From positions 224,001-288,000 of the forward strand of contig JAHQWG010000016.1 in the NCBI GenBank assembly GCA_029856045.1: a stretch of 64,000 bases of DNA. The letters run 5' to 3'. A model generated the notes under the pieces. That model searched no databases. It saw nothing but the letters and a program-made list of their open reading frames with translations, and was not told the DNA's origin. Made by a program: the position numbers and the translations under genes. Shown in pieces: positions 31,610 through 42,178 of the stretch. How positions within the stretch are numbered: position 1 is the stretch's first letter; each line of letters opens with the position of its first letter. This stretch comes from Promethearchaeia archaeon (GTDB lineage Archaea > Asgardarchaeota > Lokiarchaeia > Sigyniarchaeales > SOKP01).

Positions 31610-31804
31610 TTTCCTTTGGAGTAAAAAACAAAAATTAAAATTCATTAAGATTTCACGATTTTGGAAAATAATAATCAATTAATAAAAAATATTAAAAATC
31701 TATTAAAAGATATTAATGAGTTCTTAATTTTTTTTTGATTAATAGGAAGATTTAAATATTCTCTCCAGATGAAATTTTTTATTGAGCTTAATTTCAACTG
31801 GAAC
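31610..31804. other. putative replication origin (mini-ORB elements plus AT-rich unwinding element) upstream of cdc6
   Basis: ORB-like CTCCAAAGGAAA (31610-31621, minus), CTCCAGATGAAA (31763-31774, plus) and GTTCCAGTTGAAA (31792-31804, minus), with an AT-rich tract at 31622-31762. Confidence 0.65.
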
Positions 31805-31840
31805 TCAATCTTAGAATTTATATTAGCTAGGGGAAAAGTT

Positions 31841-33163
31841 TTGAAAGAAAATAATGAATTGAATTATAAATTTGATATTTCACAATTTTATACGGATTTT
31901 TTGAAAAGTCCTAAAATATTTAAGAATAGGGATGCTTTAAATCCAACTTATATTCCAAATAACCTACCTCATCGTGATATACAGATAAAAAGAATTGCTG
32001 AAATTACAGCTTGCCTTTTAAAAGATGGAGTTCCTTTTAATTTTTTAAGTTATGGAAAGACAGGAACAGGAAAAACTTCAGTCATAAGGTTTGTTAGCAG
32101 GAAACTTGATGAAAAATGTAACGAAATTCAAATAAATAGACCTTGGTGGATTTATAATAATTGTCAGCAAGTTAATACTCCATATAGAATTTTAGCAAAT
32201 ATTTTTAATACTCTTTCCACGGAGGAAAAAATCCCGCCAACAGGTTTGCCAAAAGATATAATATTTCAAAAACTCTTAAATTTGTTAGATGATGTTGTTG
32301 GAAACTCCGTATGTTTTATTGTTCTGGATGAAATCGATATTTTGATTAAAAAAAAAGGCGGAAATGAAATATTATATGATTTAACTAGATTAAATGAGAA
32401 ATATCAATTAAAAAAAAGTAGAGTTTGTTTAATTGGAATATCAAATATCTTAAAATTTAAAAGTTTTCTTGATCCTCGAGTTTTGAGCAGTTTTGGTGGA
32501 GAAGAATTAGTCTTTCCTGCCTATAATGCTGAAGAATTGACAGATATTTTACAAGAAAGAGGTGAAATTGCTTTTTTTAAAAATGTGATATCGGAAGAGA
32601 CAATTCCATTATGTGCAGCACTTGCGGCAAAAGAACATGGAGATGCTAGAAAAGCTCTACAATTACTTAGGAAAGCAGGTGAATTAGCAGAAAGAAGCCA
32701 TAATAAAAAGGTGTCACCAAAATTTGTTTATAAAGCTCAAAAATCTTTAGAACAAGATAATACGGAACAATTCATAGAGAGCTTACCAAAGCAAATTCAA
32801 TTAGTTTTATGTTCTATTTTTCTAATTGCAAAACATCTTCCTAACTTAAAAATAATTACTGGTGATATTTATGATGTATATCTTGAAATTTATGAAAAAA
32901 TTCCCGGTGTTAAGAAATTAACACGAAGGAGAGTAAGTGATTTAATAAATGAGCTGGCATTAGCAGGTATCATAAAAGCTGAAGTTGTATCGATGGGTTA
33001 CTATGGTCGTTCAAAAATCGTAAAATTAGATATACCATTAGATCAATTATTTAAAATTTTAGAAAAAATTGAAAATATAAAACACATTCTTAATTATAAA
33101 CCTATTATTGCACAAAATGGAAAAGCAAAATTAAAGAAAAATACTTTTAAAAAACTATTTTAA
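31841..33163 (+). CDS. cdc6: Orc1/Cdc6 replication initiator
   Basis: YIP..LPHR, Walker A GKTGTGKT, Walker B LDEID, LDPRV.S and EHGDARKA. The TTG at 31841 is preferred because the ATG at 31769 lies inside an ORB-like element. Confidence 0.95.
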   Translation: MKENNELNYKFDISQFYTDFLKSPKIFKNRDALNPTYIPNNLPHRDIQIKRIAEITACLLKDGVPFNFLSYGKTGTGKTSVIRFVSRKLDEKCNEIQINRPWWIYNNCQQVNTPYRILANIFNTLSTEEKIPPTGLPKDIIFQKLLNLLDDVVGNSVCFIVLDEIDILIKKKGGNEILYDLTRLNEKYQLKKSRVCLIGISNILKFKSFLDPRVLSSFGGEELVFPAYNAEELTDILQERGEIAFFKNVISEETIPLCAALAAKEHGDARKALQLLRKAGELAERSHNKKVSPKFVYKAQKSLEQDNTEQFIESLPKQIQLVLCSIFLIAKHLPNLKIITGDIYDVYLEIYEKIPGVKKLTRRRVSDLINELALAGIIKAEVVSMGYYGRSKIVKLDIPLDQLFKILEKIENIKHILNYKPIIAQNGKAKLKKNTFKKLF

Positions 33164-33837
33164 ATAAATTCCCAATTATCGAGTTCTTCTATAATATTCT
33201 TCAATATCTTTTCAGTTTTTGATTCATTTTCTGAATTTAAAATTAAAAATAATTTAACTAAATGTTTACATAACTTTTTTTGTCTACTCTTGCGAGTTAA
33301 ATAATCATGGCAATCATGAATGATTTTTTTTTTATTTAATTCAACTTCAAATTTATAACGCTTTTCTTTAGTACCACTAACCTCTCCTCTTATTATTCCT
33401 TGATCAATATTAAGTTCACGAAATGTAAAAGAATTTTTAGAAACTGATACTGACCTATTTAGAGTACTTTCATCTGATAATTCTTTTAAAAGCATATTAA
33501 ATGAACCTTTTCTTTCTTTAGAAAGATCTTTCAGACTGATTGCTTTTAAACTAATATTTTCTAGCGCATTTTTCACTTTTTCATTCTCTTTTTTTTGCCA
33601 AGTAATGAAATCTTCTCGTAATTCTTTAGAAAGGAAAATTTTTCCACTTTTTTCAACTAAAAAACCTTTTTTTATTAATTCATTGAATAATTGAACTGAT
33701 TTATTTGGTTTTAAAAGAAATAATTCAAAAGAAATATAATAAATTAGCTCTTCCCTCCCAATTGAAGGAAGATCTAAGCTCCTCCAAATATATATTATCA
33801 ATTCCTTGTGATTTGAAGGTGTTTTATTAATAATCAT
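33160..33837 (-). CDS. winged-helix (DUF2240-like) plus SWIM zinc-finger protein
   Basis: N-terminal ELIYYISFEL.....K...L.....KGFL and C-terminal HDCHDY...LCKH. Confidence 0.7.
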   Translation of the reverse strand: MIINKTPSNHKELIIYIWRSLDLPSIGREELIYYISFELFLLKPNKSVQLFNELIKKGFLVEKSGKIFLSKELREDFITWQKKENEKVKNALENISLKAISLKDLSKERKGSFNMLLKELSDESTLNRSVSVSKNSFTFRELNIDQGIIRGEVSGTKEKRYKFEVELNKKKIIHDCHDYLTRKSRQKKLCKHLVKLFLILNSENESKTEKILKNIIEELDNWEFI

Positions 33838-33851
33838 TTTTTTTACACAAA

Positions 33852-35738
33852 TTAGTTATTATCTTTACTATTTAAATTGATTTCTGTTATTTTCCTTTTA
33901 TCTAGCTCAACAATACCAATTCTACCTGGAGTTGGATTGATTCCGAAAGATTCCATATATTTTGTTTTATTTTGAAAGCATCCACTATTTACTAATAAAA
34001 TATTACGATAATTCCCAAAACCACTTACATGAATATGACCGGTATGAAAAATATCAGGAATAGTATCAATTACTAACCAATCTTTTCTCACTGGAGCAAT
34101 TAGATTTTTTCCTCCGTATGAAGGTGCTAAATGTCTAAATCTCAATATTTCTTTCATCGATTTTGTGGGGTGTTCGTGAGATAAACCTGGAATTGACATA
34201 TTAAGATCAATTAAACTGTCACCATGAAATGATAACGTTTTTACGCCTTCAGTTTGAATTAAAACTGGATCTCCCACACAAATAACACCTAAATCAAACA
34301 AACCATCAATATATTTTTTTGGAACAGCGGGTTGAGGTAATGCCTTATGCACGGGCTCATGAGATCCAGGTGAATAAAATATCTTAATATATGATGGGAC
34401 CTCTCTTAATAACTCTGCTGCTTTCTCATATTGTTTATAAATATCTGAAATTTCTAAATTTTCTTTTTGATTGGGATATATCCCAATTCCATCAATTAAA
34501 TCTCCTGCTATCATAATATATTTAATTTTACCTGCAAAATTTCTTGTTTTTTGGTTTCCAAACTCTCCATTCAAAAATTTAATGAATCTTTTCCATAATT
34601 TTGGAATAAATTTTTTACTTCCAATATGCAGATCGGAAATTAATGCAATAGATAAAGGAGTATCAGAATATTCTGGGTTAAAAGAAACTGGTACATCTAT
34701 TTCTGTAAGATTTCGAACAAAAATTATTCCAGGTCTATTATTTTCCCCAGGTCTATAAAAACCTTCGACGTAAATCATTATATCATTTACTAAATAATTC
34801 GTTTTTTGGAACAACTCATAATTAATTGAGTCATTTTTAATTAAAAGATTTATTCGTCCAGTTAAATCCTCAATTTGTATCATTTTATTTTCAGATGATG
34901 TTGTTTTAATGTTTATGATTAATCCTATTACTTTTACCTCGCCTACTTGATTTAACCTTAAAATATTTGCAATATTATTTGCTGCTGAAACATTTTCTCG
35001 TTTTCTCATTAATTTTTTAAATGTACAAAATCTGTCTTTAAAAAGTTCCAAAAAATCTTCGTATTCTCCCGAAGTATGTATCTTTCCATTTGGATCTTTC
35101 AATATCTCATATTTTGCATCATATTCTTTAGCTAACGGACTATAGCTTTTTATACTAGAATAAGTTTGATTTATTTTTATTTTATTAATTTCAACTTTAC
35201 TCTCTTTCATATCATCAATTTTAAGAGAATTTTGTATTTTCGTCTCATAGGCCGATTTAACATCATAATTTTCTGAAAACAAATCGTTTTGATAAATTTC
35301 GGGAGGTGAAATTATTTTTTTAATTTCATTATCTTCTTCCTCACAAGTGGTTTCAAATTCAGCTTTAATGTCGCTACTTTTTTTTTTAATCAAATCCTCT
35401 GAAATGCTTGAAGTTTTCTCAATTTCAACAACTGCTTTATTAATTTCTGATGTTTTTATAATTTTTTTAATTTTTTGATATTGGTTAGTATAATTTGTAA
35501 AAATTTTTGGTCTTTTATTTTCTGGAATTTTTAGTATCTCATCTATTGTAATATGATTGTTAAAAGAAGGTAAGAAACTTGTTTCTTTTATTAAGATATC
35601 AATATTAATATTTGGCTCATCTGACTTCAAAATTAAATTAAATAATTCTGGTGATATGTTAATACCAGATTTTAATAACTTCTTAATCAAGAACTTTCTT
35701 ATCTCTGTTTGATTATGTGGTAAAAGGTTTTCTTCCAT
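33852..35738 (-). CDS. DNA polymerase D small subunit DP1
   Basis: OB fold (IEDLTG) and phosphoesterase motifs SDLHIGS, AGDLIDG, PGSHE, FHG and GHIH. Confidence 0.95.
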   Translation of the reverse strand: MEENLLPHNQTEIRKFLIKKLLKSGINISPELFNLILKSDEPNINIDILIKETSFLPSFNNHITIDEILKIPENKRPKIFTNYTNQYQKIKKIIKTSEINKAVVEIEKTSSISEDLIKKKSSDIKAEFETTCEEEDNEIKKIISPPEIYQNDLFSENYDVKSAYETKIQNSLKIDDMKESKVEINKIKINQTYSSIKSYSPLAKEYDAKYEILKDPNGKIHTSGEYEDFLELFKDRFCTFKKLMRKRENVSAANNIANILRLNQVGEVKVIGLIINIKTTSSENKMIQIEDLTGRINLLIKNDSINYELFQKTNYLVNDIMIYVEGFYRPGENNRPGIIFVRNLTEIDVPVSFNPEYSDTPLSIALISDLHIGSKKFIPKLWKRFIKFLNGEFGNQKTRNFAGKIKYIMIAGDLIDGIGIYPNQKENLEISDIYKQYEKAAELLREVPSYIKIFYSPGSHEPVHKALPQPAVPKKYIDGLFDLGVICVGDPVLIQTEGVKTLSFHGDSLIDLNMSIPGLSHEHPTKSMKEILRFRHLAPSYGGKNLIAPVRKDWLVIDTIPDIFHTGHIHVSGFGNYRNILLVNSGCFQNKTKYMESFGINPTPGRIGIVELDKRKITEINLNSKDNN

Positions 35739-36073
35739 TCCCTATTAGCAAATCCCATAAATTTTTTAAAATAAAAACTTATTAAATCCAACAATTTTAA
35801 TTCTATTTGAATATTTTTTATATTTTTTTAATAACCTCTTAAGATATAAATAAAAGAAAATAATAAATGAAAACTCCATTTTACTTTATTGATTTTTACA
35901 ATTATTCAAAGAAATATAATAAGATTTTTTCTTTTTTATGAAAAATAATAGCACTGTATATCGCTTTAACAGATATTGAATACCTCCTTAATAATAGGTA
36001 TAAAATATAATATGGTACTATATAATTTTACATTACAAGTTTTACAACTATAAAAAAGAATATTTGGTTTAGT

Positions 36074-39000
36074 ATGGTAGTATTAAGTAAATGGCAAGAA
36101 GAATATTTTAATGAGCTAGAACAACGAGTAAATCAAATTTATGATATTGCAAAAGAAGCGAAAAGTAGGGGGTTAGATCCATCAACAGATGTAGAGTCTC
36201 CTATTGCTAAGGATCTTGCTGGGAGAGTAGAAACTTTAATTGGACCAAAAGGAATTGCTAAACGTCTTAGAGAGTTAAAAGAGAGTGGATTAAATGAAGA
36301 TGAAATTGTATTTGAAATTGCAACAGAAATATTAGATAAAAAATTAGGCAACATTGAATCAAAGGATGAAAGAGTTGATAGAGCAATTAGAGCAGCATTA
36401 GCAATTAAAACACAAGGTGTTGTTTCAGCTCCATTGGAAGGAATTTCAAGAATTCTTATCCGAAAAGACAATTTAGGAAACTCTTATTTATCTTTGTACT
36501 TTGCTGGACCTATACGAGCCGCTGGTGGAACAACAACTGCATTATGCGTATTACTTGCTGATATGGTAAGGAAAAAAATAAATCTACCAAAATATAAGGC
36601 AACTGAGGGAGAAATTGGGCGAATGGTGGAAGAAATAAAACTTTATAATCGAATTTTAAATTTGCAATATCCTGCATCTAATGAGGAAATTAGATTTGCA
36701 GTTAAAAATTTACCAGTAGAAATAAATGGAGATCCAACAGAAAAAGAGGAGGTATCAGCTTTTCGGGATCTCCCTCGAATAGATACTAATAGAATTAGAG
36801 GTGGTGCATGTTTAGTTTTAAATGACGGAATCCTTTTAAAAAAGAGTAAGCTTCAAAAAATTACCAATCAAATGAACTTAATTGGATGGGAATGGCTAGA
36901 TGAGTTAATAAAAATATCTAAATCTAGTGAATCGAAATTTGATAAAGAAATTAAAAAATCTAAACATCAAAAAATAGCAAAAGATGAAAAATTTATTACT
37001 GACATTATCGCTGGAAGGCCAGTCTTTAGTTATCCCTCAGAAACTGGAGGCCATCGAATTCGTTACGGGAGGTCTCGCAATAGTGGATTAGCAGCATGCG
37101 GGATGCATCCAGCAACAATGACACTTTTTGATAATTTTATTGCCATTGGCACTCAAATTAAAATAGAAAGACCCGGAAAAAGTGCCTCTATTGTTCCAGT
37201 TTCTAGTATTGAAACACCAATTGTTTTATTAAAAAATGGAAACGTAGTAAAGATAAAAACCGAATCTATGGCTAATGAATTATATAAAGATATTGAAAAA
37301 ATTCTATTTTTGGGGGATATTCTTATTGGCTATGGAGAATTCGTTGAAAATAATCATATTTTACTTCCATCTGGATATTGTGAAGAATGGTGGGCTCTAG
37401 ATTTAAAGAATTCATTGGAAAAGAATAAAGAAAAAATTAAAAAATTTCCCATTGAGGAAGAGAGATTAAAAACTTTTCATAAAGACTTCTTTAAAAAGAT
37501 ACCATCCGCGGAAGAAGCAATTGCTATTAGTAAAATTCTAAATATTCCACTTCACCCAGTTTATACTGATTTTTGGAATAACTTAACATTAAAAGAAATC
37601 ATCTCATTAAGAAAGTTCTTTATAGATAATTATAAAAATGGAATTTTAACTTTGGATATAATTCCAGAAATTAAATCTATCCTAGAGAAAGCTTTTATCC
37701 CGCATAGAATTATTGACAATAAAATTGTATTTAGCAAGGCAAAAAATAAAATCTATGAGGAAATTTTCGGTTTAAAATCTAAAAAAGATATTGATCTCTC
37801 TAAAATATCAAATATCTTTGACTTATTCAATTCATTATCTGCCATGAAAATCAAAAATATGTGTTACCATTATATAGGATCCCGGATGGGGCGACCAGAA
37901 AAATCTGAAGAAAAAAAAATGAAACCTCCAATTCATGTATTATTTCCCTTAAGTAAAAAAGTAGGCAGCTCTCGTACTATTCAAAAAGCAATTGAATTGG
38001 GTAAGATCAAAATTGATATTTGCAGAAAAAAATGCCCTAACTGTAATACGATTACTATTTTTAATAAATGCAACACATGTGGAACTCACACAAAATTCCA
38101 AAAATTTTGCCCTAATTGCAAGAAATTCGTTGATGCAAAAAATGTATCTTGTCCATATTGCAACGGAATGCTGAAAAACTCAACTCCAGCATTATTCAAT
38201 TTTAAAAAATATATTAATTCAATTATGAAAGAGATAAATCATTCTCTTCCCAATGTCAAGGGTGTATATGGGCTTACAAATTTAATGAAAGTTGCAGAAC
38301 CACTCCAAAAAGGAATCTTGAGAGCATTACACGGAGTTTTTGTATATAAAGATGGCACAATTCGTTATGATGCAACTGATCTCCCATTGACACACTTCAA
38401 ACCAAATGAAATTGGTACTTCTATAAAGAAACTAATTGAATTTGGTTATTTATATGACATTTATGGGAAACCTCTTGAAAACGATGAACAAATTCTTGAA
38501 TTAAAAGTACAAGATATTCTTTTATCTGAACATAGTACAAAATATTTTGTAAAAGTTGCCAATTTTCTTGATGACGAATTGAAAACTTTCTATAATATAA
38601 ATCCATTTTATAATATTAAGAATATTTCTGATTTAATAGGCCAAATCTTTATAGGTTTAGCACCCCATACTTCCGCGGGAATAATTGGGAGAGCTATTGG
38701 CTTTTCATCAGCTAGGGCTATTTACGCACACCCTTTCTGGCATGCTGCGAAACGTCGAAATTGTGATGGGGATGAAGATGGATTGATGCTATTAATGGAT
38801 TGTTTACTTAATTTTTCACTGCATTATCTTCCAAGTAAAATTGGAGGAAAAATGGATGAACCACTTGTTATATCAGTAAGGCTTGACCCAAATGAAATTG
38901 ATTCAGAGGCCCATAACATTGATACTCTTTATCGATATCCCTTAGAATTTTATGAAAGTACAGAGAAATATTTGGATCCTATTGAAATAATAGATAAAAT

Positions 39001-39517
39001 GGAATTGGAAAGTACTCGTCTCGGATCTGAACTCCAATTTGAACAACTTGGATTCACTCATCCCACTGAATCAATTAATGCTGGCCCTCTTACTACGGCT
39101 TATAAATTATATGAAACAATAGATGAAAAAATACATGCTCAATTATATTTGGCAAAAATCATAAAGTCTGTAAATGTCCAAGATGTTGCCAGAAGAATTT
39201 TAAAAACACATTTTACTCCTGATATTCTTGGAAACCTGCGCTCATTCACCAACCAAAACTTTAGGTGTGTTAAATGTAATGAAAAATATAGAACACCACC
39301 TTTATACACAGGCGGTGTATGTAAATGTGGTGGGAATATCATCTTAACAGTGAATCGTGGTGGGATCGAAAAATATATACCCCGATCATTAAAAATAATA
39401 AAAGAATTTGATCTAGATAACTATACTAAACAAAAAATGGAATTAATTGAGTCATACGTAAAATCCGTAGCTAACAATCCAAAAATAAGGCAACATCATT
39501 TATCAGACTTTTTCTAA
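36074..39517 (+). CDS. polC: DNA polymerase D large subunit DP2
   Basis: AGPIRAAGGT, RYGRSRNSG, KDGTIRYD and catalytic RRNCDGDED with Zn ribbons; no intein seen. Confidence 0.97.
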   Translation: MVVLSKWQEEYFNELEQRVNQIYDIAKEAKSRGLDPSTDVESPIAKDLAGRVETLIGPKGIAKRLRELKESGLNEDEIVFEIATEILDKKLGNIESKDERVDRAIRAALAIKTQGVVSAPLEGISRILIRKDNLGNSYLSLYFAGPIRAAGGTTTALCVLLADMVRKKINLPKYKATEGEIGRMVEEIKLYNRILNLQYPASNEEIRFAVKNLPVEINGDPTEKEEVSAFRDLPRIDTNRIRGGACLVLNDGILLKKSKLQKITNQMNLIGWEWLDELIKISKSSESKFDKEIKKSKHQKIAKDEKFITDIIAGRPVFSYPSETGGHRIRYGRSRNSGLAACGMHPATMTLFDNFIAIGTQIKIERPGKSASIVPVSSIETPIVLLKNGNVVKIKTESMANELYKDIEKILFLGDILIGYGEFVENNHILLPSGYCEEWWALDLKNSLEKNKEKIKKFPIEEERLKTFHKDFFKKIPSAEEAIAISKILNIPLHPVYTDFWNNLTLKEIISLRKFFIDNYKNGILTLDIIPEIKSILEKAFIPHRIIDNKIVFSKAKNKIYEEIFGLKSKKDIDLSKISNIFDLFNSLSAMKIKNMCYHYIGSRMGRPEKSEEKKMKPPIHVLFPLSKKVGSSRTIQKAIELGKIKIDICRKKCPNCNTITIFNKCNTCGTHTKFQKFCPNCKKFVDAKNVSCPYCNGMLKNSTPALFNFKKYINSIMKEINHSLPNVKGVYGLTNLMKVAEPLQKGILRALHGVFVYKDGTIRYDATDLPLTHFKPNEIGTSIKKLIEFGYLYDIYGKPLENDEQILELKVQDILLSEHSTKYFVKVANFLDDELKTFYNINPFYNIKNISDLIGQIFIGLAPHTSAGIIGRAIGFSSARAIYAHPFWHAAKRRNCDGDEDGLMLLMDCLLNFSLHYLPSKIGGKMDEPLVISVRLDPNEIDSEAHNIDTLYRYPLEFYESTEKYLDPIEIIDKMELESTRLGSELQFEQLGFTHPTESINAGPLTTAYKLYETIDEKIHAQLYLAKIIKSVNVQDVARRILKTHFTPDILGNLRSFTNQNFRCVKCNEKYRTPPLYTGGVCKCGGNIILTVNRGGIEKYIPRSLKIIKEFDLDNYTKQKMELIESYVKSVANNPKIRQHHLSDFF

Positions 39518-39708
39518 TCTTATCCTAAATCAAATTTTTTATTCATTTCTATTAAAATACGATTATAAAAAATCTAAATTAATATTATAATTGATTTTTT
39601 AAATAAGCAAAATTATGTTAAAATTATAAGAAACAGTAAATTTAATTTATATTTTAATTAAGAATCCTTCCAAAAAAATAGTGTTTAAAGAAAGGTATTG
39701 GTTTTAGA

Positions 39709-42108
39709 TTGAGCTCTGAAAACGTACTGAAAAGGACCATCAAGTTAAAAATGGATCTTCTTTCAAGTAATTATGATTTATGCATAGAACGTATTAAATT
39801 CTTTACCGAAATATATAAAGAAAATAAAGAAGACCATGAAATTTTGAAAAGAGCTATGGCACTTGCACACACTTTAAAGAACATGACTATTTTTATTAGA
39901 AATGATGAATTGCTTGTCGGAAATGAAACTAGTAAAAATTTAGGTGAGAAAATCAATCTTGATTTACTTTCCTATGATGATAATTTTAGTAAACGTAGTA
40001 GTATTTTAAAATTCGGAAAAAGAAAACTTCAACCTTTCCAAATTGAAGATCATGAAATTGATGATTTATTAGAGCTTGTTCCATTTTGGAAGGGAAAGGC
40101 TTTATATAGTGATATTATATATCAACGATTGATTGATGAAAAGCTTATCAATAGTACTAGAAAGTTAGCTGCTGTCGCCCCTAATATCGCTATCCAAGTA
40201 GGAACTTCTGAAGGTCATTTATCTGCTGGTTATGAAAAGCTACTAAAACTAGGTTATGCTGGAATTATTAAAGAAGCTGAATCTTATCAAAAACTTTTGG
40301 ATAAGAAAGATAATAAATATAAAGAAAAAAACGATTTTTATGAAGCTGTGAAGATATATTATAAAGCAGCCATTGATTTTTCATTACGTTATTCAGACCT
40401 TGCTTATAAAAAAGTAAATAACGAAAAAAATGACCAGCGAAAAAATGAGCTCGAAATTATTGCAGAAATGATGAAAAAATTTGGTGAAAAACCTCCTGAA
40501 TCCTTCTATGAAGCAATTCAATATATTTGGTTTACTCAAAATATAGCAAACATCATTTATAATCGAAGCGTTGTTGCTTTAGGAAGATTGGATCAAATTT
40601 TATGGCCTTTTTATCAAAAAGATTTAAAAAAAAATAAGATTACTCACGAACTTGCTTTAGAATTAATAGAAGAACTAAATTTAAAATTGACTTGGAATGT
40701 TACAATATTACCCACAGATTATACAATGATTGCCAATGCACTAGGTCAAAATACTCAAACAATAACTATTTCTGGGATGGATAAAAATGGAGCTGATGCT
40801 ACAAATGATCTTTCTTATCTCTTTCTTGAAGCTTATAAGAATTTAAAGATTTTTACTACGGACTTATCAGTGAGAATACACAAAAATACACCAAAAAAAT
40901 TTTTTAAAGAAGTAATAAAAGTTTTCAAATATACTTCAGGAATAGCATTCTATAATGATGATATTATAGTCCCATCATTGGTAAAAGCAGGATATTCTTT
41001 AGAAGATGCTCGAGATTATGTTCTAATTGGATGCGTTGAACCTACTGGTCAAGGTAATAGTTTTGAAGCAACTGCTCGAATGTTTCTGAATTTACCTGGG
41101 GTTTTGGAATTAACTCTGAATAATGGGTATAGTAATATATCAAAAATGGTTGATGGATTACAGACAGGAGATCCAACAATCTTTAAGACTTTTGAAGATC
41201 TTCTAGAAGCCTTTATTCATCAATTAAGATTTAATATAAATAAGTCAGTAAAAATAGCAGAAGTGGGTGATCTTGAAGTAATGAAATATTTTCAAGATCC
41301 ATTCATTTCAGCTACATTAAAAGGATGTATGGAGAGTGGGAAGGATTATGTTTGTGGAGGTGCAAAATATAACTTTTCTTCCATAACTGGGTATGGTTTT
41401 GCAACATTAGTCGATTCATTATATAACATTAAAAAAGTAGTATATGAAGAAAACCTAATTTCGCTTCCTGAATTCATTCAAATTATGAATTCTAATTTTA
41501 AAGATAAAGAATTATTTCGACAAAAATTGATTAATAGCTATAATAAATGGGGTAATGATAAAGATAGTATTGATTCTCTTGCAAAAGAGTTATGGGATTT
41601 GTTTTGCTTTGAAGTTGTTAAACATGTACCTCTCAGAGGAGGTAGATATAATGCTGGAGCATATTCAATGGGTATACATGTTATTGAAGGTTTTTTTACC
41701 AGACCCACTGCTGATGGAAGAAAAGCTATGGAACCGATCTCAAATAGTTTATCTCCCGTAAATAAAGTTGAAAAAAATGGAATTACAGCAATTTTAAATT
41801 CTGTGGCCAAATTGAATTATGATTACGCAACAAATGGAGTTGCAGTAAACATTAGAATTCATCCACAAAATCTTGAAAAGGAGGAAAATGTAGATAAGCT
41901 ATATTTTTTGTTAAAATCCTATTTTGATTCAGGAGGTATGCAAATTCAACCAAATGTAGTTTCAACAGAGACTCTTAAAGATGCTCAGAAACATCCTGAA
42001 AAATATAATGATTTAATCGTTAAAGTAGGTGGATATAATGCAACATTTACTGATCTTGGAGCACCAATTCAAAATGATATAATTGATAGATTAGAAAATG
42101 ACTTTTGA
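39709..42108 (+). CDS. glycyl radical enzyme (PFL-like superfamily), substrate unknown
   Basis: ELLVGN, GRLDQ.L.PFY, thiyl-Cys loop GCVEP, TADGR and C-terminal LIVKVGGYNATF. Confidence 0.9.
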   Translation: MSSENVLKRTIKLKMDLLSSNYDLCIERIKFFTEIYKENKEDHEILKRAMALAHTLKNMTIFIRNDELLVGNETSKNLGEKINLDLLSYDDNFSKRSSILKFGKRKLQPFQIEDHEIDDLLELVPFWKGKALYSDIIYQRLIDEKLINSTRKLAAVAPNIAIQVGTSEGHLSAGYEKLLKLGYAGIIKEAESYQKLLDKKDNKYKEKNDFYEAVKIYYKAAIDFSLRYSDLAYKKVNNEKNDQRKNELEIIAEMMKKFGEKPPESFYEAIQYIWFTQNIANIIYNRSVVALGRLDQILWPFYQKDLKKNKITHELALELIEELNLKLTWNVTILPTDYTMIANALGQNTQTITISGMDKNGADATNDLSYLFLEAYKNLKIFTTDLSVRIHKNTPKKFFKEVIKVFKYTSGIAFYNDDIIVPSLVKAGYSLEDARDYVLIGCVEPTGQGNSFEATARMFLNLPGVLELTLNNGYSNISKMVDGLQTGDPTIFKTFEDLLEAFIHQLRFNINKSVKIAEVGDLEVMKYFQDPFISATLKGCMESGKDYVCGGAKYNFSSITGYGFATLVDSLYNIKKVVYEENLISLPEFIQIMNSNFKDKELFRQKLINSYNKWGNDKDSIDSLAKELWDLFCFEVVKHVPLRGGRYNAGAYSMGIHVIEGFFTRPTADGRKAMEPISNSLSPVNKVEKNGITAILNSVAKLNYDYATNGVAVNIRIHPQNLEKEENVDKLYFLLKSYFDSGGMQIQPNVVSTETLKDAQKHPEKYNDLIVKVGGYNATFTDLGAPIQNDIIDRLENDF

Positions 42109-42178
42109 TCAAACTTAAATGAAGAAAATACAATGTTTTGTTTCGTAATTATTTTTTCATAAAATTGGAAAATTAAAA

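Noticed and set aside
35969-35990. Short inverted repeat ATACCT-N10-AGGTAT between DP1 and DP2
   Set aside because: Only 6-bp arms in AT-rich DNA and no second copy was seen; insufficient evidence for a regulatory site.
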